A DNA stretch of 64,000 nt from an uncultured Lachnospiraceae bacterium (GTDB lineage: Bacteria > Bacillota > Clostridia > Lachnospirales > Lachnospiraceae): contig CAJOLA010000002.1 in assembly GCA_905235275.1 (NCBI GenBank), forward strand, positions 2,033 to 66,032. Direction: 5' to 3'. Position 1 is the first letter of the stretch, and each line of letters opens with the position of its first letter. Positions 48,675-57,091 of this stretch are shown here, in pieces. The notes beneath the pieces were generated by a model. The model ran no database searches. It was not told the origin of the DNA and saw nothing but the letters and a program-made list of their open reading frames with translations. A program made the position numbers and the translations under genes.

Positions 48675-50078
48675 ATGGCATTTGATTTGGCCCACAAGGC
48701 ACAACGAAAAATGTTTGAGGTTGTTATAGATGCTGCTCTTAAGCATGCAGGAAAGGACAGACAGAAGGCTTTACTTCAGCTTGTAGACCTTGTAGAAAAG
48801 GTTCTCGGTGATACATGGTCACCGGCTGCATATCAGAGATTCAGAGATATCTTCAGCGATCCCGACAGCAAATGGATGAAGTATGCGGATTCTCTCTTTG
48901 ATGACCTCGATCCTAAGATTATCAAGAACAGAGCTCTTAACCTTGCATACGAGGCAGGCTTTAGAGGATTCAAGATTGCTCAGGCCAACAAAGAGAAATA
49001 CGGATGCAGCATTCCATGGCTCATCCTTATCGATCCCACAAGTGCATGTAACTTAAAGTGTACAGGATGCTGGGCAGCAGAGTACGGACATACTAAGCAG
49101 CTTTCATATGAAGATATGGATAAGCTTATCACTGAGGCAGAGGCTCTCGGAACACACGCTTTCCTTATGACAGGCGGTGAGCCTCTTATCCGTAAGGATG
49201 ACATCATTAAGCTTTGCGAAGCTCATCCTTACAGCCACTTCCATTGCTTCACAAACGGAACACTTATCGATGATGCGTTCTGTAAGGAAGCAGTAAGAGT
49301 AGCTAACTTCACACCTTCAGTTTCTCTTGAGGGATTCGAGGAGGTTAACGACGGTCGTCGTGGTGCCGGCGTTTACGAGAAGGTTCTTCATGCAATGGAT
49401 ATCATGAAAGAGAACAAGATGCTCTTCGGTACATCCATCTGCTACACAAGCCAGAACTACAAGACAGTTACATCTGATGAGTTCATCGACCTTCTTATCT
49501 CTAAGGGTGTTAAGTACTCATGGTACTTCCACTATATGCCGGTTGGAAATGATGCCGCTACGGATCTTCTTCTTAACCCTGAGCAGAGAGAGTATATGTA
49601 TCACAGAGTTCGTGAGATCAGAGGATATGAGGGCGGTAAGCCGATCATGGTTGTTGACTTCCAGAACGACGGTGAGTTCGTTTCAGGATGTATCGCAGGC
49701 GGTAAATATTACTGTCACGTTAACCCGAACGGTGATGTTGAGCCTTGCGTATTCATTCACTATTCTAACGCTAACATCCATGACATGAGCTGGCTTGAGT
49801 GCTTACAGCAGCCACTCTTCAAGGTATATCAGGCTAACCAGCCGTTCAATGATAACCACCTTCAGCCATGTCCTATGCTTGAGAACCCTGATAAGCTGAG
49901 AGCCATGGTTAAGGAGACAGGTGCTCATTCAACAGATATGCAGTCACCTGAGGACGTTGATCATCTTTGCGCTAAGTGTGATGACTATGCTGAAGCATGG
50001 ACAGACACGGCTCAGAAGCTTTGGGCGGCAGGTCACATTGATAAGAAAGCAAGATTTGAGCAGGATAAGAAAAAATAA
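48675..50078 (+). CDS. radical SAM protein with SPASM/twitch-like C-terminal Cys cluster
   Basis: CNLKCTGCWAAEYG is the CxxxCxxC radical SAM motif. The downstream CIAGGKYYCHVNPNGDVEPCVF is SPASM-like. A roughly 110-aa N-terminal extension is present. Confidence 0.85.
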   Translation: MAFDLAHKAQRKMFEVVIDAALKHAGKDRQKALLQLVDLVEKVLGDTWSPAAYQRFRDIFSDPDSKWMKYADSLFDDLDPKIIKNRALNLAYEAGFRGFKIAQANKEKYGCSIPWLILIDPTSACNLKCTGCWAAEYGHTKQLSYEDMDKLITEAEALGTHAFLMTGGEPLIRKDDIIKLCEAHPYSHFHCFTNGTLIDDAFCKEAVRVANFTPSVSLEGFEEVNDGRRGAGVYEKVLHAMDIMKENKMLFGTSICYTSQNYKTVTSDEFIDLLISKGVKYSWYFHYMPVGNDAATDLLLNPEQREYMYHRVREIRGYEGGKPIMVVDFQNDGEFVSGCIAGGKYYCHVNPNGDVEPCVFIHYSNANIHDMSWLECLQQPLFKVYQANQPFNDNHLQPCPMLENPDKLRAMVKETGAHSTDMQSPEDVDHLCAKCDDYAEAWTDTAQKLWAAGHIDKKARFEQDKKK

Positions 50079-50112
50079 TTAAACCTTGAACATATAAAAA
50101 ACAGGAGGATTT

Positions 50113-51601
50113 TGATATGTACCCAGAATCCTGGACACATTGACGGCTCTTTTAGGTGAAACACATGGATGCTTCCCTGTACTTTACAGGGGGCATCCAT
50201 TTTGTTTTCGCCTGAATCCGTTCATTGTTGTAATAGTCTATATATTCACGGACTGCGTCCGAGAACTTCTCAAATGATGTATATTCCTTTTCATATCCGT
50301 AGAACATCTCATTCTTCAATCTCCCAAAGAATGTTTCCATAATACAGTTATCATAGCAGTTGCCTTTGCGTGACATCGACTGGATGATTCCATGTTTTTT
50401 CAGGGTGTTCCTGAAATATTCGTGTCGGTACTGCCAGCCCTGGTCACTGTGGAATATCAGCCCAGATACATCCGGAAACTTATCAAAAGCACCGTCTAGC
50501 ATCCGGCGGATCTGCTCCAGGTCTGGTGATTTTGACAGGTCGTATGATATGACTTCATTCGTGTTCATATCAAGGATCGGTGAAAGATAGCATTTTCCCC
50601 AAGAAAGGCTGAACTGGGATACATCTGTCGTCCATTTCTCGAGAGGTGCCGTTGTGCTGAAGTCCCTGTCTATTATGTTGGCAACAATCTTTCCGACCTC
50701 GCCCTTAAAGGAATGGTATTTTTCTTTTGGGCGTGTTCCTTTCAACCCCATGGTATTCATCAGACGCTGTACGCGTTTATGGTTGACCTTTTTGCCCCGG
50801 TTCACCAGCTCTGCGTGTACCCTGCGTACTCCGTACCGTCCCTTATGCCGGCTAAAGATATCCGCAATATCTTCCGCCAGAGCACTGTTTCTTTCTGCTA
50901 CGACATCTGTTTTAGATATCTCGAAGTAATAGGTGGAGCGGGCAAGTCCCATGGCTTTCAGGAGGTGCTTTAGCTGGTACCCTTCTTCCCGGAGTTCTTT
51001 GACAATCGCTGCTTTTTCGCCTTGAGTTGCGCAGCCTCTTTTTCTTCTCTCAAGGCGATCTCTTTTTTTATCACTTCGATCTCCGCCTTGATGGCTTCAT
51101 TTTCTGCTCGCAGGCGTACGAGTTCCTCATACTCGGATTCTTCGAGTTTCCTCGGGTTGTTATAATTAATCTTATTCATGTCAGGATCCTTTGGCCTTCT
51201 GCCTTTTCTCATATCAACAAGTCCATTGTATCCCATTGTTTTATATTTGCGAACCCATTGATATAATAATCCGCTATCGATTCCAGCATCAATAGACACT
51301 GACTTGATGGAGGCTCCAGCGAGCACCTTGGATACCAGTTCCAGTCGTTCCTCAGGTGTCCATTCCTTGTTCTGCCCTTTGTGTTTCAGCACATCCGGGC
51401 CATTTGCATCCTCCATCCGGACCCATCGCCTGATCATGTTTCGAAATTCTCTCGGATTCTTAATTCCATCCGGAGTCTCAGGCCACTTTCCTTGCCTGTA
51501 CAATTCAACACATTTCCTCTTGTACTCATAACTGTAACGTAACTGTAACGCATAAAAATGTACCCTCCTTACTGGTTGTCCAGTAAAGAGGGTACATATC
51601 A
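50113..51601 (-). mobile_element. IS3-family insertion sequence (1489 bp), flanked by a TTT target-site duplication
   Basis: Imperfect terminal IRs: TGATATGTACCCAGAATCCTGGACA at 50113 and TGATATGTACCCTCTTTACTGGACA as the reverse complement of the 51601 end. TTT lies at 50110-50112 and at 51602-51604. It has orfA/orfB with a GAAAAAG slippery site. Confidence 0.88.
50152..50952 (-). CDS. IS3-family transposase OrfB (DDE/rve integrase core), normally expressed as an OrfAB fusion by -1 frameshifting
   Basis: rve-type motifs WTTDVS, HSDQGWQY and NCIMETFFGRLKNE. The -1 frame is open from the slippery site at 51012-51018 (AAIVKELREEGYQLKHLLKAMGLARSTYY). Confidence 0.9.
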   Translation of the reverse strand: MGLARSTYYFEISKTDVVAERNSALAEDIADIFSRHKGRYGVRRVHAELVNRGKKVNHKRVQRLMNTMGLKGTRPKEKYHSFKGEVGKIVANIIDRDFSTTAPLEKWTTDVSQFSLSWGKCYLSPILDMNTNEVISYDLSKSPDLEQIRRMLDGAFDKFPDVSGLIFHSDQGWQYRHEYFRNTLKKHGIIQSMSRKGNCYDNCIMETFFGRLKNEMFYGYEKEYTSFEKFSDAVREYIDYYNNERIQAKTKWMPPVKYREASMCFT

Positions 51602-51602
51602 T
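50970..51602 (-). CDS. IS3-family OrfA (HTH plus leucine zipper); the native start is put out of frame by an 11-bp duplication
   Basis: YSYEYKRKCVELYRQGKWPE is a typical IS3/IS150-group OrfA N-terminus. The native ATG (51553) is frameshifted relative to the body. The ORF-track start at 51602 straddles the IS/flank junction (see findings). Confidence 0.7.
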   Translation of the reverse strand: MICTLFTGQPVRRVHFYALQLRYSYEYKRKCVELYRQGKWPETPDGIKNPREFRNMIRRWVRMEDANGPDVLKHKGQNKEWTPEERLELVSKVLAGASIKSVSIDAGIDSGLLYQWVRKYKTMGYNGLVDMRKGRRPKDPDMNKINYNNPRKLEESEYEELVRLRAENEAIKAEIEVIKKEIALREEKEAAQLKAKKQRLSKNSGKKGTS

Positions 51603-51667
51603 TTTCCTCCTGTTTTTTGTTTGTAAAAGCGTATGTCTAAAATATCTTATCTAAAGAAAAATAAGAA

Positions 51668-52762
51668 TTATACGTTGAATCTGAAAAGTATCACGTCGCC
51701 GTCCTGAACAACATAGTCCTTGCCTTCCATGCGGACAAGACCTTTTTCTTTTGCTGCGGAAAGAGAACCGCAATCAAGTAATTCCTGCCAACCGATAACC
51801 TCGGCCTTGATAAAACCGCGTTCGAAATCCGTATGAATCTTACCGGCAGCCTGAGGAGCCTTGGTGCCTTTTGTGATGGTCCATGCTCTCGTCTCCGGTT
51901 CGCCTGACGTAAGATAACTGATAAGTCCGAGAAGCTCATAGCTTGCGGTAATAAGCTTATCAAGTCCTGAGGATGATATACCCAAATCGTCAAGGAACAT
52001 CTTTTTCTCGTCATCGTCAAGATCTGACATCTCTGCTTCAATCTGAGCGCATACCACATACACGCCGCTTCCGGATTCTTTTGCATATTCCCTTACACGC
52101 GCAACATGAGGATTGTTAACCGCATCATCTGCGATATCCTCATCGGAAACATTGGCCGCATAAATAACAGGCTTTGCGGTAAGAAGATTATATTCCTTCA
52201 TATATTCCTGCTCGTCTTCGGAGAGCTCGAGAGTAAGAGCGAGATTCCCGTTTTCCAGATGATTCATTACTTTTTCAATGAATGCCACTTCCTTGGCTGC
52301 ATCCTTGTTATTATTTGCAAGCTTCTTTTGCTTGGCAAGCCTTTTCTCCAAAACTTCCATATCGGCAAATATAAGCTCCATGTTAATCGTTTCAATATCG
52401 CGGATGGGGTCAATGGAGCCGTCCACGTGAACAATATTGGAATCCTCGAAGCATCTTACGACATGAACAATCGCATCAACCTCACGGATATTGGATAAAA
52501 ATTGGTTTCCAAGGCCCTCGCCCTTGGATGCACCCTTTACAAGACCTGCGATATCAACGAATTCGATAACGGCGGGAGTAATCTTTTCAGAGTTATAAAG
52601 GGCTGCCAGTTTATTCAGGCGTTCGTCAGGAACGGTAACGATACCGATATTCGGATCTATCGTACAGAAAGGATAGTTGGCGGCATCGGCGCCGGCCTTT
52701 GTCAGAGAATTAAAAAGCGTACTTTTCCCGACATTAGGAAGTCCTACGATTCCCAGTTTCAT
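51668..52762 (-). CDS. ychF: redox-regulated ribosome-binding ATPase YchF
   Basis: [19 protein letters not shown]-loop, 364 aa, and a TGS-like C-terminus. Confidence 0.96.
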   Translation of the reverse strand: MKLGIVGLPNVGKSTLFNSLTKAGADAANYPFCTIDPNIGIVTVPDERLNKLAALYNSEKITPAVIEFVDIAGLVKGASKGEGLGNQFLSNIREVDAIVHVVRCFEDSNIVHVDGSIDPIRDIETINMELIFADMEVLEKRLAKQKKLANNNKDAAKEVAFIEKVMNHLENGNLALTLELSEDEQEYMKEYNLLTAKPVIYAANVSDEDIADDAVNNPHVARVREYAKESGSGVYVVCAQIEAEMSDLDDDEKKMFLDDLGISSSGLDKLITASYELLGLISYLTSGEPETRAWTITKGTKAPQAAGKIHTDFERGFIKAEVIGWQELLDCGSLSAAKEKGLVRMEGKDYVVQDGDVILFRFNV

Positions 52763-53033
52763 TAATCCACCTCCATATATTAAGGTTATTTGTAAAATTT
52801 CTGACTAAATATATCACAGAAAAGTGCAACTCACAAGCAAGTTAATTTATAAAAAATTAACAAATAAATATTTATAAAATTTGATACATATTAATAATAT
52901 ATAATATGGAAATATATTGTGCCCAAAAACGATTCGACACACTATATATAGATTTCCACCGGCCACCACTTTTGGGAAATTAAGTATATTTACGGTATTT
53001 AAGGGATTTTGCGGGCTTGTTTTTCCTAATTAA

Positions 53034-53088
53034 AGTGATATTATGTGCATGTAAGTGGTAAAAAGTAGTGATTAGTGGAGAATAGTGG
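53034..53088 (+). promoter_or_regulatory. array of AGTGR direct repeats, candidate MraZ operator
   Basis: AGTGA at 53034. AGTGG at 53054, AGTAG at 53064, AGTGG at 53074 and AGTGG at 53084 show exact 10-bp phasing. The array ends 24 nt upstream of mraZ. Confidence 0.55.
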
Positions 53089-53111
53089 TAGATTTTTAAG
53101 GAGAAGACACT

Positions 53112-53549
53112 ATGTTTGATGGCGAATATTATCATACGTTAGACGCCAAAGGCCGTCTGATCCTTCCTGCCCGTTTCCGTGAAGAGCTGGGCGGTTCCTT
53201 CGTTATTACCCGTGGTTTAGACGGGTGTTTGTTTGTCTACACACAATTGGAATGGCAGGCCTTTGATGAAAAACTTCAGAGTTTACCGCTTATAAACAAA
53301 GGGGCAAGAGAATTGACCCGATTCTTCCATGCGGGAGTTACACAATGCGAGCCTGATAAGCAGGGACGAATCCTCGTCCCTGCGGGCTTGCGTGCATACG
53401 CCGATTTAAAGAAGGAAGTATGCATGGTGGGTACCGGAAAACATATAGAAATCTGGGATAAGGAACGCTGGGAGACCAATATGTCTGAGATTAGCGACAA
53501 TCTTGACGGACTTCTTGACGGAATGCAGGATATGGGCTTTTTGATTTAA
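53112..53549 (+). CDS. mraZ: transcriptional regulator MraZ
   Basis: [24 protein letters not shown] and a second DKQGRILVP motif form the duplicated SpoVT/AbrB-like MraZ signature. Confidence 0.96.
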   Translation: MFDGEYYHTLDAKGRLILPARFREELGGSFVITRGLDGCLFVYTQLEWQAFDEKLQSLPLINKGARELTRFFHAGVTQCEPDKQGRILVPAGLRAYADLKKEVCMVGTGKHIEIWDKERWETNMSEISDNLDGLLDGMQDMGFLI

Positions 53550-53562
53550 ATTAGGAGGAATA

Positions 53563-54513
53563 ATGGATTTTGGCCATATATCGGTTCTTTTAGAGGAAAC
53601 GATAGAGAGTCTTAATATAAAAGAAGACGGAATTTATGTTGACGGGACTCTCGGTGGCGGAGGTCACAGCCTACACATTGCCAAACGTTTATCGGACAAG
53701 GGAAGGCTGATAGGGATAGACAGAGACGATGAAGCAATTAATGCGGCAAGCGAGGTCCTGTCCGATTACTCCAACATTTTTACGCCCGTAAGAAGCAATT
53801 ACGACAGGGTTTGCGATGTTTTAGCAGAACTCGGTATCGACAGGGTTGACGGCATAGTCTTGGATCTGGGTGTTTCATCACATCAGCTTGATACGCCTGA
53901 AAGAGGCTTTTCCTACAGACAGGATGCTCCATTAGACATGAGGATGGATAAAAGGCAGACAAAGACTGCGGCGGATATAGTAAATGATTCTTCAAAGGAA
54001 GAGCTTATCCGAATCCTCAGAGAATATGGTGAGGAGAGATTCGCTCCGTCCATAGCATCGCTTATTGTGGAGAAGAGACAGGAAAAGCCTATACAGACAA
54101 CATTTGAGTTGAATGACATTATCAAATCCGCTATTCCTGAAAAGTATCGAATTACGGGAGGTCATCCTTCCAAAAGAACTTTTCAGGCAATAAGGATTGC
54201 AATAAATTCGGAACTGGAAAGCATAGAGAAAGTGATACCCGAAATGATAGACCTGCTAAAAGACGGTGGCAGGTTAAGCATCATCACTTTCCATTCGCTT
54301 GAAGACAGAATTGTAAAGACGGCTTTTAAAACGGCCGAGAATCCATGCACATGTCCTCCGGATTTTCCGGTGTGTGTGTGCGGTAAGAAACCAAAAGGAA
54401 AAGTAATCACGAGAAAACCCGTTTTACCGTCAAAAGGGGAGATGGAAAACAATCCGCGTTCAAAAAGCGCGAAGCTGAGGGTTTTCGAAAAGTCAGATAC
54501 TAAAGAAGCTTGA
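53563..54513 (+). CDS. rsmH: 16S rRNA (cytosine1402-N4)-methyltransferase RsmH
   Basis: [29 protein letters not shown] and [10 protein letters not shown] motifs. Confidence 0.96.
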   Translation: MDFGHISVLLEETIESLNIKEDGIYVDGTLGGGGHSLHIAKRLSDKGRLIGIDRDDEAINAASEVLSDYSNIFTPVRSNYDRVCDVLAELGIDRVDGIVLDLGVSSHQLDTPERGFSYRQDAPLDMRMDKRQTKTAADIVNDSSKEELIRILREYGEERFAPSIASLIVEKRQEKPIQTTFELNDIIKSAIPEKYRITGGHPSKRTFQAIRIAINSELESIEKVIPEMIDLLKDGGRLSIITFHSLEDRIVKTAFKTAENPCTCPPDFPVCVCGKKPKGKVITRKPVLPSKGEMENNPRSKSAKLRVFEKSDTKEA

Positions 54514-54526
54514 AAAGGAGGTTAAT

Positions 54527-54988
54527 ATGGCTGTAAGTGAGAGAAAACATAATTATTATTCCCCGGGTAGCGAAGCAAGGGATTTATCCACTGCACCACG
54601 AATAGATTATCCTCCTGAGGAGGGCCCGAGGAGACAAAAAACACGCCGGCCAAACCACAAACGCCGCAACAAAAGAAAGAATCTGATCTATCTTGCGACG
54701 ATGGTGGCGGTTACGGGAATCATATTTGTTTTTTGTGTTCAGTATCTTTCCATTAAAGGTGCGACATCCGGAATGTCGGCAGACATTGCGGCAATGCAGG
54801 AAGAGCTTAACGAGCTTACCATTATGAATGATGAGCTTGAAGCCGAGATTAATACAAATATTGATTACGATAAGATTTATAAGACGGCGACGGGAGAGTA
54901 CGGCATGGTTTATCCGAATAAGGGTCAGGTCAGAACATATAACGCCGATGGAGAGGGATATATAAGACAGTATAAAAATATTCCGTAA
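54527..54988 (+). CDS. ftsL: cell division protein FtsL
   Basis: Basic N-terminus, a single TM helix, a coiled-coil (AAMQEELNELTIMNDELEAEI), and its position after rsmH. Confidence 0.75.
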   Translation: MAVSERKHNYYSPGSEARDLSTAPRIDYPPEEGPRRQKTRRPNHKRRNKRKNLIYLATMVAVTGIIFVFCVQYLSIKGATSGMSADIAAMQEELNELTIMNDELEAEINTNIDYDKIYKTATGEYGMVYPNKGQVRTYNADGEGYIRQYKNIP

Positions 54989-55014
54989 CGTAACAAAAGG
55001 AAAAATAAGTTTCA

Positions 55015-57060
55015 ATGAGTAAAAAGGACAGAATACAAAAAAACAAAGAGACAATGCTTGGCAGGATGAGAACCAAAGCCGGCGTTGCCTTTTTTATTGC
55101 TATAGTAATATCAGCTATACTAATAATAAGGGTAATTGGAATTAATGTGGCAAGCGGTGAAGAGTATTCGAAGATAGTTCTGAATCATCAGGCAAGCACT
55201 TCAAAGAGGATAACGGGAAAAAGAGGTGAGATACGCGACCGCAACGGTACGATATTTGCTTACAGTAAAAAGGTTTACAACCTCATAATCGATCCCAACA
55301 GGCTTCTTAGTGAAGACGGTAAATATAAAGAAGATACAATAGAAGCCCTTACATCCATGTTTGACATAACAAGGGAAGATATTGAAAAGAAGCTTATCGA
55401 AAAGCCTGCAAGCAAGTACGAAAAGATGCTTGTCAATCTCGAAGAAGAAAAGGTGACTCCGTTCCTTGAGTTTGAGGAAGAGGAAAATAAAAAGCCGAAG
55501 AGCGAGAGGAAGAACATTGACGGAGTGTTTTTTGAGGATACGTTTATCAGAGCTTATCCGTTTAACAGTCTTGCGAGTGATACGATCGGATTTGCAAGCG
55601 TGCTAAACGGTGGTGAAATCGGGCTTGAAAGACAGTATGACAATGAGCTTACCGGAGTTGACGGCCTCTCCTATACATATATAGATGAGAATCTCGAGGT
55701 TGACAATGTCGTAAAACAGCCGATCGACGGTAACAACATAATTACGACGCTTGACTACGGAATTCAAAATATTCTCGAAAAATATATCAGAGAATATAAC
55801 GAGAAAAAGCCGTCGGTAAACACCGCGGTAATCGCTGCGGACCCCAATACCGGAGAGATACTCGGGATGGCAAGCTATCCGAACTTCGACCTTAACAATC
55901 CGAGAGATTTAACCAAGGCGGTAAAGCCCGAAGAGCTGGAGAAGATGGACGAGGATGCAAAGACGGATGCCCTTTACGGGCTTTGGTCAAATTTTTGTAC
56001 ATCAAGAGTTTATGAGCCGGGTTCAACATTTAAGTCAATAACAATAGCGTCTGCCCTTGAAGACGGAAAAGCAAAGGACGGAGATAAGTTCAGCTGCTAT
56101 GGAAGTAAATACGTGGGCGGATTTAATGTCGGATGCTGGAGAATAGACGTCGGCGGACACGGAGAGCTTGATCTTGAAGAAGCGCTTGCCGATTCATGTA
56201 ACGTGGCTCTTATGGACATAGGACTAAATCTTGGCGCCGAGTCAATGGTTAAGTATCAGTCGATGTTCGGCTTCGGTAACAAGACCGGCATCGATCTTCC
56301 CGGAGAGGAAAGAGGTATCGTATATGACGCCGACAGTATGCAGGATATCGATGTTGCGACCAACTCATTCGGACAGAGCTTAAATGTCAACATGATACAA
56401 ATGATTGGCGCATACTGTTCGCTCATTAACGGTGGTAATTATTATCAGCCTCACGTGGTAAAGGCAATCACCGATTCAAAAGGAAATGTCGTAAAGACAA
56501 TCAATCCGTCAGTGGTAAGAAGGACCGTTACAAAGGAAACCTCGGATACCATAAGACACTACCTTGAATCCGGTGTTGAAAAATATGCCGTTCAATATTC
56601 CAAGGTTGAAGGATACTCAATGGGTGGTAAGACGGCAACGGCTCAGAAGATTCCGAGATCCGAAAGGAAATGGCTGATTTCCGTAATGTCATTTGCACCG
56701 GTCGAAAATCCCAAAGTGCTTCTCTATGTTCTTATAGATGAGCCGGACGGAACAACGGGCGGAGGCGGTGACGGTATGGATTCACAATACCTTACCAAAT
56801 CCATTATGACTGAGCTTCTTCCGTATCTTGCGATAAGCAGAACGGATGACAAAGACGTTGTAATGCCGAATGCCGATGAAGGAAATAATCCCGACGGCGG
56901 AGTTGATACTCCTGACAACGCCGAAGAATATGATTATGATGAAGAAGATGAAAATGAAATAGAATACTACGATTCCGATAAAGAAGAAACCGATGATAAG
57001 GAAGAAACCTACAACGAAGACAATGAAGACTACAACAAAGAAGACGAATATGACGAGTGA
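55015..57060 (+). CDS. class B penicillin-binding protein (FtsI/PBP2B/SpoVD-type transpeptidase) with acidic low-complexity C-terminal tail
   Basis: N-terminal TM helix, PBP dimerisation domain, active-site STFK, SCN and KTA(T) motifs. The last roughly 60 aa are D/E/Y/N-rich. Confidence 0.9.
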   Translation: MSKKDRIQKNKETMLGRMRTKAGVAFFIAIVISAILIIRVIGINVASGEEYSKIVLNHQASTSKRITGKRGEIRDRNGTIFAYSKKVYNLIIDPNRLLSEDGKYKEDTIEALTSMFDITREDIEKKLIEKPASKYEKMLVNLEEEKVTPFLEFEEEENKKPKSERKNIDGVFFEDTFIRAYPFNSLASDTIGFASVLNGGEIGLERQYDNELTGVDGLSYTYIDENLEVDNVVKQPIDGNNIITTLDYGIQNILEKYIREYNEKKPSVNTAVIAADPNTGEILGMASYPNFDLNNPRDLTKAVKPEELEKMDEDAKTDALYGLWSNFCTSRVYEPGSTFKSITIASALEDGKAKDGDKFSCYGSKYVGGFNVGCWRIDVGGHGELDLEEALADSCNVALMDIGLNLGAESMVKYQSMFGFGNKTGIDLPGEERGIVYDADSMQDIDVATNSFGQSLNVNMIQMIGAYCSLINGGNYYQPHVVKAITDSKGNVVKTINPSVVRRTVTKETSDTIRHYLESGVEKYAVQYSKVEGYSMGGKTATAQKIPRSERKWLISVMSFAPVENPKVLLYVLIDEPDGTTGGGGDGMDSQYLTKSIMTELLPYLAISRTDDKDVVMPNADEGNNPDGGVDTPDNAEEYDYDEEDENEIEYYDSDKEETDDKEETYNEDNEDYNKEDEYDE

Positions 57061-57091
57061 TGTGATTTTATTCTTTAAGGAGGTATAAACG

